From an uncultured Microbacteriaceae bacterium (GTDB lineage: Bacteria > Actinomycetota > Actinomycetes > Actinomycetales > Microbacteriaceae), in assembly GCA_943914115.1 (NCBI GenBank), contig CALUAU010000001.1:1-39197 (forward strand): a stretch of 39,197 nucleotides of DNA. Reading direction: 5' to 3'. The notes under the pieces are model-generated. The model was not told where the DNA came from, ran no database searches, and saw only the letters and a program-made list of their open reading frames with translations. Positions 19,243-28,271 of this stretch are shown one piece after another (positions within the stretch are counted from its first letter, which is position 1; the number at the start of each line of letters is the position of its first letter). Made by a program: the position numbers and the translations under genes.

Positions 19243-20337
19243 CTAACTCAGCCGCTCAACGATGGGCGCAGCCAAGCGCTCAGGGGTGAACTCACGGTTT
19301 GCGAGCTCGCGGGCCCGCTCACGCTGCCGCTGCAACAGCGCCCGGTCTTCAACGAGTCGCTGTAGCGCATCGGCCAGCGCCTGCGCATCACCAGGAGCTA
19401 CCAGAATGGCGCTGTCGCCGAGCACGCGACGCTGCGGTGCGGTGTCGGAGGTCACAATTGCGCAACCCGCTGCCGCCCCCTGGTACACCTTGTTGGGCAC
19501 CACATTGAGTGCCTTTGCAGTGGTGCCAAAAACACCCAGGCAAATATCGTGATCGGCCACTTCCGCGGGAAGCAGCTCGGGCTCAACCCAGGTCTCCCAG
19601 CGCACCGGCAAACCTTCAATGAGCTCTCTCACCTCAGCAGCGTCTTGCCCGTCGCCAATGAGTGTGACCTCTGCTTCAACGCCGCGGTCGGCAAGAATCC
19701 GAATGGCTTGGCCGATGGTCGCAGCACCCTGCAGCGGCGTGAACAGCCCGTAGAACACGATGCGGGGAACATCCCGCTGCACGTGTTCGTTGCTTCCGGC
19801 TGTAAACCAGTCACGCGGTGCACCAACGAGCGCAACCACTCCCCTATCGAGTGCAGCAGGTGGAAGTTGTTGACGATGTTCTTCGGTGTCGGTCACGACA
19901 ATGTCGGCGCAACGCGTGGCAAGACGATCAAGCGCTGCAAGCAGTTTGATCTTGCACCCCTGCGATTCGCCACGGTCACGAGCGGTACCAGCGGCACTGA
20001 TGAGGTGATCCAGCACAATCTTCGTTCTCGGAAACAGCAGGCGTGCCAGCACAACATCGAAGTGCCCCATATAGCCAACCAGAATCGCATCCGGTTGGTT
20101 CTTGCCATGAAACCGGCGCGACCGCCAAGCCAGACGCACCCACTTGCTCAGCATGCCGAACGCTAGGCGCGGCAATTGCAGGGGGTTCTTGAGCGCCGAC
20201 ACCTTGTCGGCAGTCGACAGCCCAAGTGGCAAGTTCAGTTCGCGAACCGTGTATCCGTGGGCCGCAAGGCCTTCAATAATGCCTTTAACTCGGGGATGCA
20301 GGCGAGCGTCGTATGTTCCGAAAGCAAGAACGCGCAT
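19243..20337 (-). CDS. GT4 (GT-B) glycosyltransferase
   Basis: FYGLFTPLQG, DICLGVFG and VVPNKVYQGAAAGCAIVTSD motifs. Confidence 0.87.
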   Translation of the reverse strand: MRVLAFGTYDARLHPRVKGIIEGLAAHGYTVRELNLPLGLSTADKVSALKNPLQLPRLAFGMLSKWVRLAWRSRRFHGKNQPDAILVGYMGHFDVVLARLLFPRTKIVLDHLISAAGTARDRGESQGCKIKLLAALDRLATRCADIVVTDTEEHRQQLPPAALDRGVVALVGAPRDWFTAGSNEHVQRDVPRIVFYGLFTPLQGAATIGQAIRILADRGVEAEVTLIGDGQDAAEVRELIEGLPVRWETWVEPELLPAEVADHDICLGVFGTTAKALNVVPNKVYQGAAAGCAIVTSDTAPQRRVLGDSAILVAPGDAQALADALQRLVEDRALLQRQRERARELANREFTPERLAAPIVERLS

Positions 20338-20340
20338 ACG

Positions 20341-21375
20341 CTACTCGCTTTGGAAGCGTGCGCGCTGCACCTCGTCGACACCATCGGTGTCGGGCCCCAA
20401 ATCGAGCACCGTGTATTGCGTACCGGCCACATGCGGGCCACCAAACTCAATGCGTTTCACGCGTTCAAGCGTGTCTTCAAGCAGCACGCGGTTGGTGCGC
20501 TGCAGGTCGGCAATCACCAGCAGCACGAAACAGAGGAACGAGCCCAGCAAGAACACACCGCCGAGAATCAGCGACTGGACGTTACCCGACCCGTGCCCCA
20601 TCAGCCACAGCACAAACCAGCGGATCATCGGAATCAAGCCGATAATCGCCATGATGATGCCGATAGTCATCAGCACCACATGCGGCTTAAACATCAAGAA
20701 CGAGCGCACAATCGCGGTACCCGACTTGAACATGTGCTGCCAGATGTTCTTAAACAGGCGCGATTCACGCGTCTTGGCGTTCGTTTCAACCGGCACCGAC
20801 GCAATGCGCAGGCGCTTGTTACCGGCCTGGATGATGGTCTCCATGCAGTAGCTGAACTGCGTCACCACGTTCAACCGGAAAAGCGCATTACGCGAATAGG
20901 CACGGAACCCTGAGGCAGCATCCGGCAGCTTCGTACCGGCAGCCTTGTTCACCACGCTCGACCCAAAGCGCTGCATCGTTTTCTTGAACGGCGAGAAGTG
21001 CTTGATGGTCGCGGTCTGACGGTCGGCGATCGCGATATCAGCCTCACCGGCAATGATCGGCGCGAGCAGATCGGGGATGCGGTCTTGCGGGTACTGGTTG
21101 TCACCATCGGTGTTGACCACGATGTCGGCACCGTGGCTGAGCGCGTAGTCAACACCGTCACTGAACGAACGAGCGAGCCCCATATTGCGGGCGTGAATCA
21201 CGAAGTGTTCGACACCCAGCGAACGCGCAACCTCAACAGTGCGGTCGGTTGATCCATCATCAATTACGAGGATGTGCAGCTCATCAACACCGGGAATCTC
21301 TTTCGGAATCGAGTTGATCACCAGTGGAAGAGTCTCCTCTTCATTCAGGCAGGGGATCTGAACGAAAACACGCAT
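20341..21375 (-). CDS. GT2 polyprenyl-phosphate glycosyltransferase-like protein (Dpm1/GtrB type) with two C-terminal TM helices
   Basis: IPCLNEE, IDDGSTDRT, NTDGDNQY and DAASGFRAY motifs; two C-terminal hydrophobic helices. Confidence 0.85.
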   Translation of the reverse strand: MRVFVQIPCLNEEETLPLVINSIPKEIPGVDELHILVIDDGSTDRTVEVARSLGVEHFVIHARNMGLARSFSDGVDYALSHGADIVVNTDGDNQYPQDRIPDLLAPIIAGEADIAIADRQTATIKHFSPFKKTMQRFGSSVVNKAAGTKLPDAASGFRAYSRNALFRLNVVTQFSYCMETIIQAGNKRLRIASVPVETNAKTRESRLFKNIWQHMFKSGTAIVRSFLMFKPHVVLMTIGIIMAIIGLIPMIRWFVLWLMGHGSGNVQSLILGGVFLLGSFLCFVLLVIADLQRTNRVLLEDTLERVKRIEFGGPHVAGTQYTVLDLGPDTDGVDEVQRARFQSE

Positions 21376-21488
21376 GCAGACAAGTCCTATTGCAACGGGG
21401 CCGAGATCAAACCCTCATCATACCCGCGTGCGACACAATCGCATCCTTCATTTTGTGTTTCCGAACGGTGGGCTAGGTTACCGGAAGG

Positions 21489-22478
21489 ATGTCTAGCTCA
21501 ATTCAGCACCCACCCAGCACCGCACCCATGGGCGATGGGCGTCGTCCCCGCATCCTGGTGCTGCTCGCCACCCACAACGGCGAAGAGTTTCTCGACGAAC
21601 AGCTCGGCTCGGTGCTGTCGCAAGCAGAGGTCGACGTCACGCTCTTGGTGTCTGACGACACATCAACCGACCAGACCTTCGCGATGCTGACGCAGCGTGC
21701 CGATACTGATTCACGCATCGAACTGCTTCAACCCGGCAAGTTCGGCTCGGCGGCAAACAACTTCGCCCGCCTCATCCGAGATGCCAACCCCACCGGCTAC
21801 GACGCAATCGCCCTGTGCGACCAAGACGATATTTGGCTGCCCGGAAAACTGCGCCGGCACTACGACATCCTCTCGGCACCGCTCGGCCTCGACGGCAAGG
21901 GCGGCTATGCCGCCGTGTCATCGAATGTCACCGCATTCAAACCCGACGGCACCCGTCAGCTGATCGTAAAAAACCAAACCCAAAAGCTCGCCGACTACGC
22001 CTTCGAATCGGGCGGGCCCGGTTCAACCTTTCTCATCCAGCCCCAAGCGTTCACACTCGTGCAGCAGCAGCTGCGCACCCCGCAAAGCAACACCAACACT
22101 GCCCGATCACACGACTGGCTCATCTACGCGCTCATCCGCGCCAGCGGCGGCCGCTGGTTCATTGATGGCGAACCCACCGTCGACTACCGCCAACACGACG
22201 ACAACGTGCTCGGCGCCAACGAGGGCTGGCGGCAGCATTTGCGACGCCTGGCAGTGATTCGCGAAGGAACCTACCGAGCCGACGTCGCCAATATTGTCGC
22301 CGCCGCCCTCGAGGTTGCCGATGCCAAACAGGCACCACGACTGCGCTGGCTCGCAACGCAAATCGAATCAAACAGCCTTCGCTCACGCCTCCGCCTCGCC
22401 CGTCGCGCACACCAGCTGCGCCGCCGCCGCCGCGACCAACTCGTGCTTGCGGCCACCATCACCCTGGGAGTTTGGTAG
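21489..22478 (+). CDS. GT2 rhamnosyltransferase-like protein (RgpB type)
   Basis: VLLATHNGEEFLDEQLGSVL, LCDQDDIWLPGKL, HDWLIY and YRQHDDNVLGA motifs; start codon uncertain. Confidence 0.87.
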   Translation: MSSSIQHPPSTAPMGDGRRPRILVLLATHNGEEFLDEQLGSVLSQAEVDVTLLVSDDTSTDQTFAMLTQRADTDSRIELLQPGKFGSAANNFARLIRDANPTGYDAIALCDQDDIWLPGKLRRHYDILSAPLGLDGKGGYAAVSSNVTAFKPDGTRQLIVKNQTQKLADYAFESGGPGSTFLIQPQAFTLVQQQLRTPQSNTNTARSHDWLIYALIRASGGRWFIDGEPTVDYRQHDDNVLGANEGWRQHLRRLAVIREGTYRADVANIVAAALEVADAKQAPRLRWLATQIESNSLRSRLRLARRAHQLRRRRRDQLVLAATITLGVW

Positions 22479-22582
22479 CGCCGCGCACACGTCGTCACAA
22501 AAGTGACGCACGAATTGCATCCGCCGCGGCTACCATTGGTGCGCCCACCGAACCACACCCACACGAACCCGAGGGAGAGCGA

Positions 22583-24712
22583 ATGAGCCCGGCTGTCTGC
22601 GTGCAACGACCCGCTGCAGCCGCGCCTCCCCGCTACCTACCCGAAGTGCAGGGGCTGCGAACCGTTGCGCTCGTGCTGGTCGCGGTCTTCCACATCTGGG
22701 TCGGCCGGGTCTCGGGCGGCGTCGACGTCTTCCTGCTCATCTCGGCCTATCTGCTCACCCGCTCACTCACCGCGAGCGCCGTCGCCGGTGATGCACCGCA
22801 ACCGCTGCGATTCATCCTGCGCAAATTTGCTCGCCTGCTGCCACTAGCGGCCACCACCATCCTGCTCACGCTCGTGGCCGGCTGGCTAATCATGCCCTTA
22901 TCCCAGCACTCCACGCTCACCGGGGATGCACTGGCCTCGCTCGGCTATTTCGAAAACATTCGCCTGCAGCAGCTCCAAACCGACTACTACGCGCACGATC
23001 TCGGTGGCGCGAGCCTGTTTCAGCACTTCTGGTCGCTGTCGATCCAGGGCCAGATTTTCGTCATCTGGCCGCTGCTGCACCTGCTGGGCTTCGGCATAGC
23101 CCGCCGCAGCGGACAGTCTCTGCCGCGCGTGCTCGGCATGATCTTCGGGCTCGTTTTCATTGCCTCGTTCACCTGGTCGGTATGGCACACCCTCGACAAT
23201 CAACCGCACGCCTACTTCGACACCCTCGCTCGGATGTGGGAATTCGCGCTGGGGTCACTTGTGGCGCTCGTCGCTAATCGCCTGCAGCTGGGTGCCGGGA
23301 TGCGCAACCTCATGTCGTGGCTGGGGCTGCTCGGGGTGGTGCTGTGCGGCATCGTGCTGCCAGTGGAATCAAGCTTCCCGGGGGTTGCGGCACTGTGGCC
23401 AACCCTCTCGACCGTGCTGGTGATTGTGGCTGCCGAAGCCCGCCAAAACGAACAACCCGCACGCTTCAGCGCCGAACGGTTACTGGGAACAGGCCCGCTG
23501 CGCTGGCTGGGACAATACACCTACGCGCTCTACCTCGTGCACTGGCCACTGCTGCTGCTCGCGGTGCAACTCGCCCAAAACACCGAACCAAATTTCCTCT
23601 TCGGCACGGGAGTGTTGGCGCTCGCCTTCGGCATTAGCTTCCTGTTGACCGAGCTGATCGAAAAACCCGTTTCGCGAGTGGGTACGGTGCGCAAACCCGC
23701 CCGACACCTGCTGATCATCGCGCTTGCCGCGGTCATGGTGGCCGCACCGGCATTCATCCACACCCAGCAGCGGATCGCCAATAACGCCAACTCGCAGGCA
23801 CAGCTCGAAAACGAGTTTGCCACCGCAACCGGCACCCCCACCCCACCCGAAACTGAGGATGCATACGACGGCCCCGATTTTGCACCGCTGGATGTGCGGG
23901 TGGGTGCGCAAAACCCAGATGCCCCCGCTAACGAGTCGCCGGTGCCCGACGACCCGGATGTGGCGCGAAGCTATGCCGGCGACGGTATCGAATGCACCGA
24001 ATTCGCACCTAACCCCGGCGACGACGCCATCTGCTGGGAACTCGCCGCCGAAAACCCCCAGGCGCCCACCGCGTTCTTCGTGGGCAACTCGCACACCCAG
24101 CAGCTGGCTGCAGTGGGCTATCAAACCGCTGCGGTCACCGGGTATCTCAACGTGCGACTACAAGCCGGCCCCAGCTGCAGCTTCACCTGGCAACCAAATC
24201 TGCAGCCGAACGATGTGTGCGACCGGGTCTGGCTGGATGCATCCGACTACATCGCCGCCAAACAACCCGGGCTCGTAGTGGTGCTGGGCACAAAATCGGC
24301 CCCCGACGGCACCGAAGAAACCTGGGAACACCTGCCCACCTGGCTCGAGCAAACGCGTGCAGCCGCACCCGACACCGAATTTGTAGTGGTGCGCGACAAC
24401 CCGCGATTTGAAGTATCACCCTACGAGTGCGCACTCGCCAACGGCTTCAGCTCGCCCGACTGCCAGCATCCGGCAAATAAACCGGTAAGCGCGAGCTACA
24501 TCAACAAAATCGAAGACACCGGCGCGCTCTGGATCGACTTCACCGACTACTACTGCCCCGAAGGCACCTGCCGCCCCGAAGTCGGAGGCGTTGTCACCTG
24601 GTTCGACGAAAGCCACATCACCACCGCGTTCTCACGCACGCTCACCCAGCGGTTCGCCGACGAAATCCACGACCATGTGCCGTGGTGGCCCGATCAGGTG
24701 TTTGCTGAGTAA
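22583..24712 (+). CDS. Acyltransferase-3 plus SGNH domain O-acyltransferase (OatA/OafA type)
   Basis: QGLRTVAL...VFH, GGVDVFLLISAYL, QHFWSLSIQGQ, RMWEFALG and YALYLVHWP; C-terminal VGNSH and DESH motifs; ATG 22583 after GAGGGAG. Confidence 0.9.
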   Translation: MSPAVCVQRPAAAAPPRYLPEVQGLRTVALVLVAVFHIWVGRVSGGVDVFLLISAYLLTRSLTASAVAGDAPQPLRFILRKFARLLPLAATTILLTLVAGWLIMPLSQHSTLTGDALASLGYFENIRLQQLQTDYYAHDLGGASLFQHFWSLSIQGQIFVIWPLLHLLGFGIARRSGQSLPRVLGMIFGLVFIASFTWSVWHTLDNQPHAYFDTLARMWEFALGSLVALVANRLQLGAGMRNLMSWLGLLGVVLCGIVLPVESSFPGVAALWPTLSTVLVIVAAEARQNEQPARFSAERLLGTGPLRWLGQYTYALYLVHWPLLLLAVQLAQNTEPNFLFGTGVLALAFGISFLLTELIEKPVSRVGTVRKPARHLLIIALAAVMVAAPAFIHTQQRIANNANSQAQLENEFATATGTPTPPETEDAYDGPDFAPLDVRVGAQNPDAPANESPVPDDPDVARSYAGDGIECTEFAPNPGDDAICWELAAENPQAPTAFFVGNSHTQQLAAVGYQTAAVTGYLNVRLQAGPSCSFTWQPNLQPNDVCDRVWLDASDYIAAKQPGLVVVLGTKSAPDGTEETWEHLPTWLEQTRAAAPDTEFVVVRDNPRFEVSPYECALANGFSSPDCQHPANKPVSASYINKIEDTGALWIDFTDYYCPEGTCRPEVGGVVTWFDESHITTAFSRTLTQRFADEIHDHVPWWPDQVFAE

Positions 24713-24819
24713 ATCCGCAAAAATCACTGACTGGCGAGAACGCGTCTCGACAATTGAGTACAATACTGCTCGAGCTAGCTCCTCCGAACAACAGCGTAGT
24801 TGATACACCAGGAGAGAAC

Positions 24820-25212
24820 ATGAGCAAGAAAATTGTCAAGATCGCAACCGGCCTCGCCATCGCGGTGTCTCTAACATCAGGCGCCGTCGTCGCCCAGGCC
24901 GTCGAGTCGCAAACAACATTCGACGGAATTGCCAACCGTATGCAGCAGTCTCGATACTTCGAACATCAGCCCAAAACTACAAGTAAGGACTCACAGATTC
25001 GATTCAGCCGCATCGGCGGCGGTTACACGATGAATGTAAAAGCCCAGCACGACACCGGGGAACAGTACAAGGAGGTCAAGGGCATCTCATCCGGCAAGAA
25101 CCAAAGCATCCCCAATGGCACCCCTAAGGGGAAACGCACCCGACTTATTGTCACCAACAACACCTGGACCACAGTAACTGTCTCCATTGACGGCTGGTAT
25201 AAGACGAACTAG
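24820..25212 (+). CDS. Small Sec-secreted cationic protein (130 aa; ~103-aa mature form); bacteriocin-like candidate
   Basis: AGGAG RBS; MSKKIVKIATGLAIAVSLTSGAVVAQA signal peptide ending AQA; mature part has 15 K/R versus 8 D/E and no Cys. Confidence 0.8.
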   Translation: MSKKIVKIATGLAIAVSLTSGAVVAQAVESQTTFDGIANRMQQSRYFEHQPKTTSKDSQIRFSRIGGGYTMNVKAQHDTGEQYKEVKGISSGKNQSIPNGTPKGKRTRLIVTNNTWTTVTVSIDGWYKTN

Positions 25213-25229
25213 TCTCGTACTCCAACTCA

Positions 25230-25269
25230 CGAAGTGTGAGCTGCACCTGCTAGTGCAGCTCACACTTCG
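25230..25269 (+). terminator. Perfect 17-bp intercistronic stem-loop (mRNA stabiliser or leaky terminator)
   Basis: CGAAGTGTGAGCTGCAC-ctgcta-GTGCAGCTCACACTTCG; no U-tract follows. Confidence 0.7.
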
Positions 25270-25293
25270 CAAACTGACAGTGAGGGATTCTAA

Positions 25294-26088
25294 ATGAGAG
25301 TCTATTCGCATCACAACACAGTTGGATTGATTTCATGCACCGTATTGCTAGCGCTTCATATAATTGCCGGCTTCTATGACGCGCAATCTTCGGTGTACCC
25401 CTCACCTCAGACTATGACTGCGGCGTTCTTCCAGGGACCTGCTCGCCTGCTCTTTCCAGTGGTCGTGGCACTCATATGCCAGCCAAGGCTCTCCCGCCTT
25501 ATTGAGGAACGATACATTGTCTCGACGCGCACCCGGATTGACGTGAGGAGGCTACTCACTCAAAACATTATTCACGCATGCTTGAAAGCAGGGGCACTGT
25601 TCTTTATTTTTGGACTAACGCTCTCTTGCATCGGCTATTGGATCGCACCCGCACTCTTCCCAGATGCGATTTCCCCCGAACAGTACGGACTACACAGCAG
25701 TGACGAGATTCTTGCCGAATCAATCCAGACCGCTCCGTTAGCCGATGCACTCAACCTGAGCCCAATAGCATTTGTCGCCGCCATCTCCTGCTGGACCAGC
25801 CTGACCGCAATTGCTTTCGCTCTCGTCACCGCGATCGCCTCTCTGACCATCAACAACTCACTCGTCGCACTCATCGTGCCATTTATCTGGTTTTTTGGAA
25901 CCTCAACTGTCGCGCAGATTGCCGGACTGCCCGAGTACTCGTTCACCATCACTACCCCATATCCCTACGGCCTCACCAACTTTGAACTTGTAGCTGCAGC
26001 CATACCAATGGGAGTCACATTCCTTATGGGAATAGCCGGATGCACATTCATCATACTGCGGGCTCGCCATTCGGGACGCTTTTCATGA
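25294..26088 (+). CDS. Membrane protein, putative ABC-2-like permease/immunity subunit
   Basis: About 6 hydrophobic segments; in an operon with an ABC ATPase; no family motif recognised with certainty. Confidence 0.7.
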   Translation: MRVYSHHNTVGLISCTVLLALHIIAGFYDAQSSVYPSPQTMTAAFFQGPARLLFPVVVALICQPRLSRLIEERYIVSTRTRIDVRRLLTQNIIHACLKAGALFFIFGLTLSCIGYWIAPALFPDAISPEQYGLHSSDEILAESIQTAPLADALNLSPIAFVAAISCWTSLTAIAFALVTAIASLTINNSLVALIVPFIWFFGTSTVAQIAGLPEYSFTITTPYPYGLTNFELVAAAIPMGVTFLMGIAGCTFIILRARHSGRFS

Positions 26089-27545
26089 TCAGGCAGTTTT
26101 GGAACACGATTACCTGGTGGCCCTCCCTTGCTCTCGCATTGCTCCAGGTCGGGTTAACTCTCTACGCATTATCCCAACCGCCTGAGTCATACGGTCAGCA
26201 AAATGCGTGGGATGTTTTCCTGCCACAACTTTCAGAGACACGCACCCTGGCGCTCGTTACATTCTTGTGGTGGGCCCTTTTACTCGCCCGCCAGATCCCT
26301 GCCGTCATTTCACCCGAGCGACTCATTCGACTTGGCTCGGTTTTACGGTCGGTGACTTATTCACTACTGCAGTTGCTTCCCGGCCTTGTTGCTGGGCTAC
26401 TCCTCGTTTCGGCGTCAACCTACTGTGTCGCGAGCGCGAAAAGCAACAGCCTCTATTGGAGCGAAAGCGCGCATCTACTACATGACCTTAGACACGAAAT
26501 CCAACTATCTGTGTTCAGCCCGGGAGCACTGGTCGCACACTTTGAGTCACCCTTCACCGCTCTCATCGCAATACTCGCGTGGTGCGCGACTGGCTATCTG
26601 CTGATTGCTGCGCTGTGCATCGCGGTCGCAGTTCGTTTCGGACGCATGACAGCAGCTGTCTTACTTTGGACAGTCTTTTCAGCCATGGCAATCACCACGT
26701 TTGCAGGGAGCATGGATTCCTTTTTGCCCGTGAGTCTAGTGTCACTCCCTTGGGCGATCGGAACCGAAACCTTTACCACTTCAATAATTGTCTTTTTCTG
26801 CATACTTGCGCTAACCTCGCTGATATCAATGTACTCAGTGAGCGCAATAGCGAATTACACCCGAGCACTTTTCTCTCATCGCATATCCGGCCTGGTTTTT
26901 CTTGCAATCGCCATACCGTTAGCTCTTTCATTCCCAACCAGCACATCCGGAACTGCCGACAGATTAGCAGGACGAAATAACGACCTAATCTCGTATGCGG
27001 TCATACAGATAATACTTTTCGGATTCACTTCTCTGTCAGTTTTGCGAGTGCGGAAACAATCAAAACCCAGATCCGTTTTCGAACAACGAGCCATTCGCTA
27101 CGGAAGGAATGATCGCTGGGTAAGACACCTGTGGTTGCGCGAAGTTGCCTGGATATGCTTCTGGGTTGGTGCATTCCTCGGGATAGTGGCTCTCATCGAC
27201 ACATCTACACAAAGCGAACCTTTTGATCCCGAAAAACTGCCGCCCTTGCTTCTTGCTGCAGGATCTGGCGCAACAGCTCTTTGCATTTTCTCATTCTCGA
27301 CAACTCTTTCCCTCATCTGGCGGTCATCAATCGACAAGACCTGGCTCACCATTTGCTCAGTAGTGCTCTTAATCGGCTACACCCTGCCACCAGCAGCCAT
27401 AAACCCTGGCGCACCCTACTCAATCGACCCGGGCTTACAAAGCATCAATTATGGATCCATTCTAGCGATCTGGCTGCTAGCTCTTGCCTCTAGCATATTT
27501 GCCCTACTTATCCCCAACCGATACAAGCATCCCCAACCTGTATAA
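26085..27545 (+). CDS. Large membrane protein (~12 TM), putative ABC permease, possibly two fused permease units
   Basis: ATGA overlap with the previous gene; similar motifs RLIRLGS in the first half and RAIRYGR in the second half suggest internal duplication or fusion. Confidence 0.7.
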   Translation: MIRQFWNTITWWPSLALALLQVGLTLYALSQPPESYGQQNAWDVFLPQLSETRTLALVTFLWWALLLARQIPAVISPERLIRLGSVLRSVTYSLLQLLPGLVAGLLLVSASTYCVASAKSNSLYWSESAHLLHDLRHEIQLSVFSPGALVAHFESPFTALIAILAWCATGYLLIAALCIAVAVRFGRMTAAVLLWTVFSAMAITTFAGSMDSFLPVSLVSLPWAIGTETFTTSIIVFFCILALTSLISMYSVSAIANYTRALFSHRISGLVFLAIAIPLALSFPTSTSGTADRLAGRNNDLISYAVIQIILFGFTSLSVLRVRKQSKPRSVFEQRAIRYGRNDRWVRHLWLREVAWICFWVGAFLGIVALIDTSTQSEPFDPEKLPPLLLAAGSGATALCIFSFSTTLSLIWRSSIDKTWLTICSVVLLIGYTLPPAAINPGAPYSIDPGLQSINYGSILAIWLLALASSIFALLIPNRYKHPQPV

Positions 27546-27595
27546 ATAGTCCAACTAGTAAATCTCTTCACAGTGCAGAATGGAGCGTAAAGCGC

Positions 27596-28252
27596 ATGGA
27601 ATCAGTGATTCAGGCGGTCAACGTCAGCAAGTCTTATCGCCAACGGCCGCTGTACACCGACGTAAACTTCGAAATACCCCAAGGAACCATTACCGGATTA
27701 GTCGGACCCAACGGTTCAGGCAAAAGTGTTTTACTCAGACTCATGTGCGCTCTTTCAGAGCCAGATAGTGGGAGCATCAGCATTTCACCCCGGTTTCTCT
27801 CCAATCGGCGCACCTACCCTGACCGGTTTGGCATCATTATTGATCGACCAGGCTACCTCCCAGATGAAACCGGGCTCGACAATTTGCTACAACTCGCCGA
27901 AATACGCAAACGTGTGAGCGAACAGGAGATACGTTCACTCATGCAAACTCTCGGACTGGATCCCGACCTACGTCAAAAAATGCGGCACTACTCGCTGGGC
28001 ATGAAACAAAAGATTGCTATCGCACAGGCCTTCATGGAGAACCCCCAGGTACTGCTTCTCGACGAGCCATTCAATGCACTCGACGCTGATGCCGTAACAA
28101 CCGTGATGGAGATGATTCGCGACTTTCATGCGAATGGAGGAACCGTGGTGTTCACCAGCCACGATTCTGAGCATATTCGCTCACTATCACAACGTATGCT
28201 CACAATTCGCAATGGAACTGTCACCACATCGGATAGCTCCGTGGCTGATTGA
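27596..28252 (+). CDS. ABC transporter ATP-binding protein (BcrA/LanF-like signature)
   Basis: GPNGSGKS, YSLGMKQKIAIAQA, LLLDEPFNALD, TSH. Confidence 0.93.
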   Translation: MESVIQAVNVSKSYRQRPLYTDVNFEIPQGTITGLVGPNGSGKSVLLRLMCALSEPDSGSISISPRFLSNRRTYPDRFGIIIDRPGYLPDETGLDNLLQLAEIRKRVSEQEIRSLMQTLGLDPDLRQKMRHYSLGMKQKIAIAQAFMENPQVLLLDEPFNALDADAVTTVMEMIRDFHANGGTVVFTSHDSEHIRSLSQRMLTIRNGTVTTSDSSVAD

Positions 28253-28271
28253 CGCGAATGTGACAACGCGA

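Noticed and set aside
18116..28258. TGACGCGAA 9-mer at about 18116 and 28250 matching part of the palindromic repeat
   Set aside because: Matches do not extend beyond 9 nt and can arise by chance in 39 kb.
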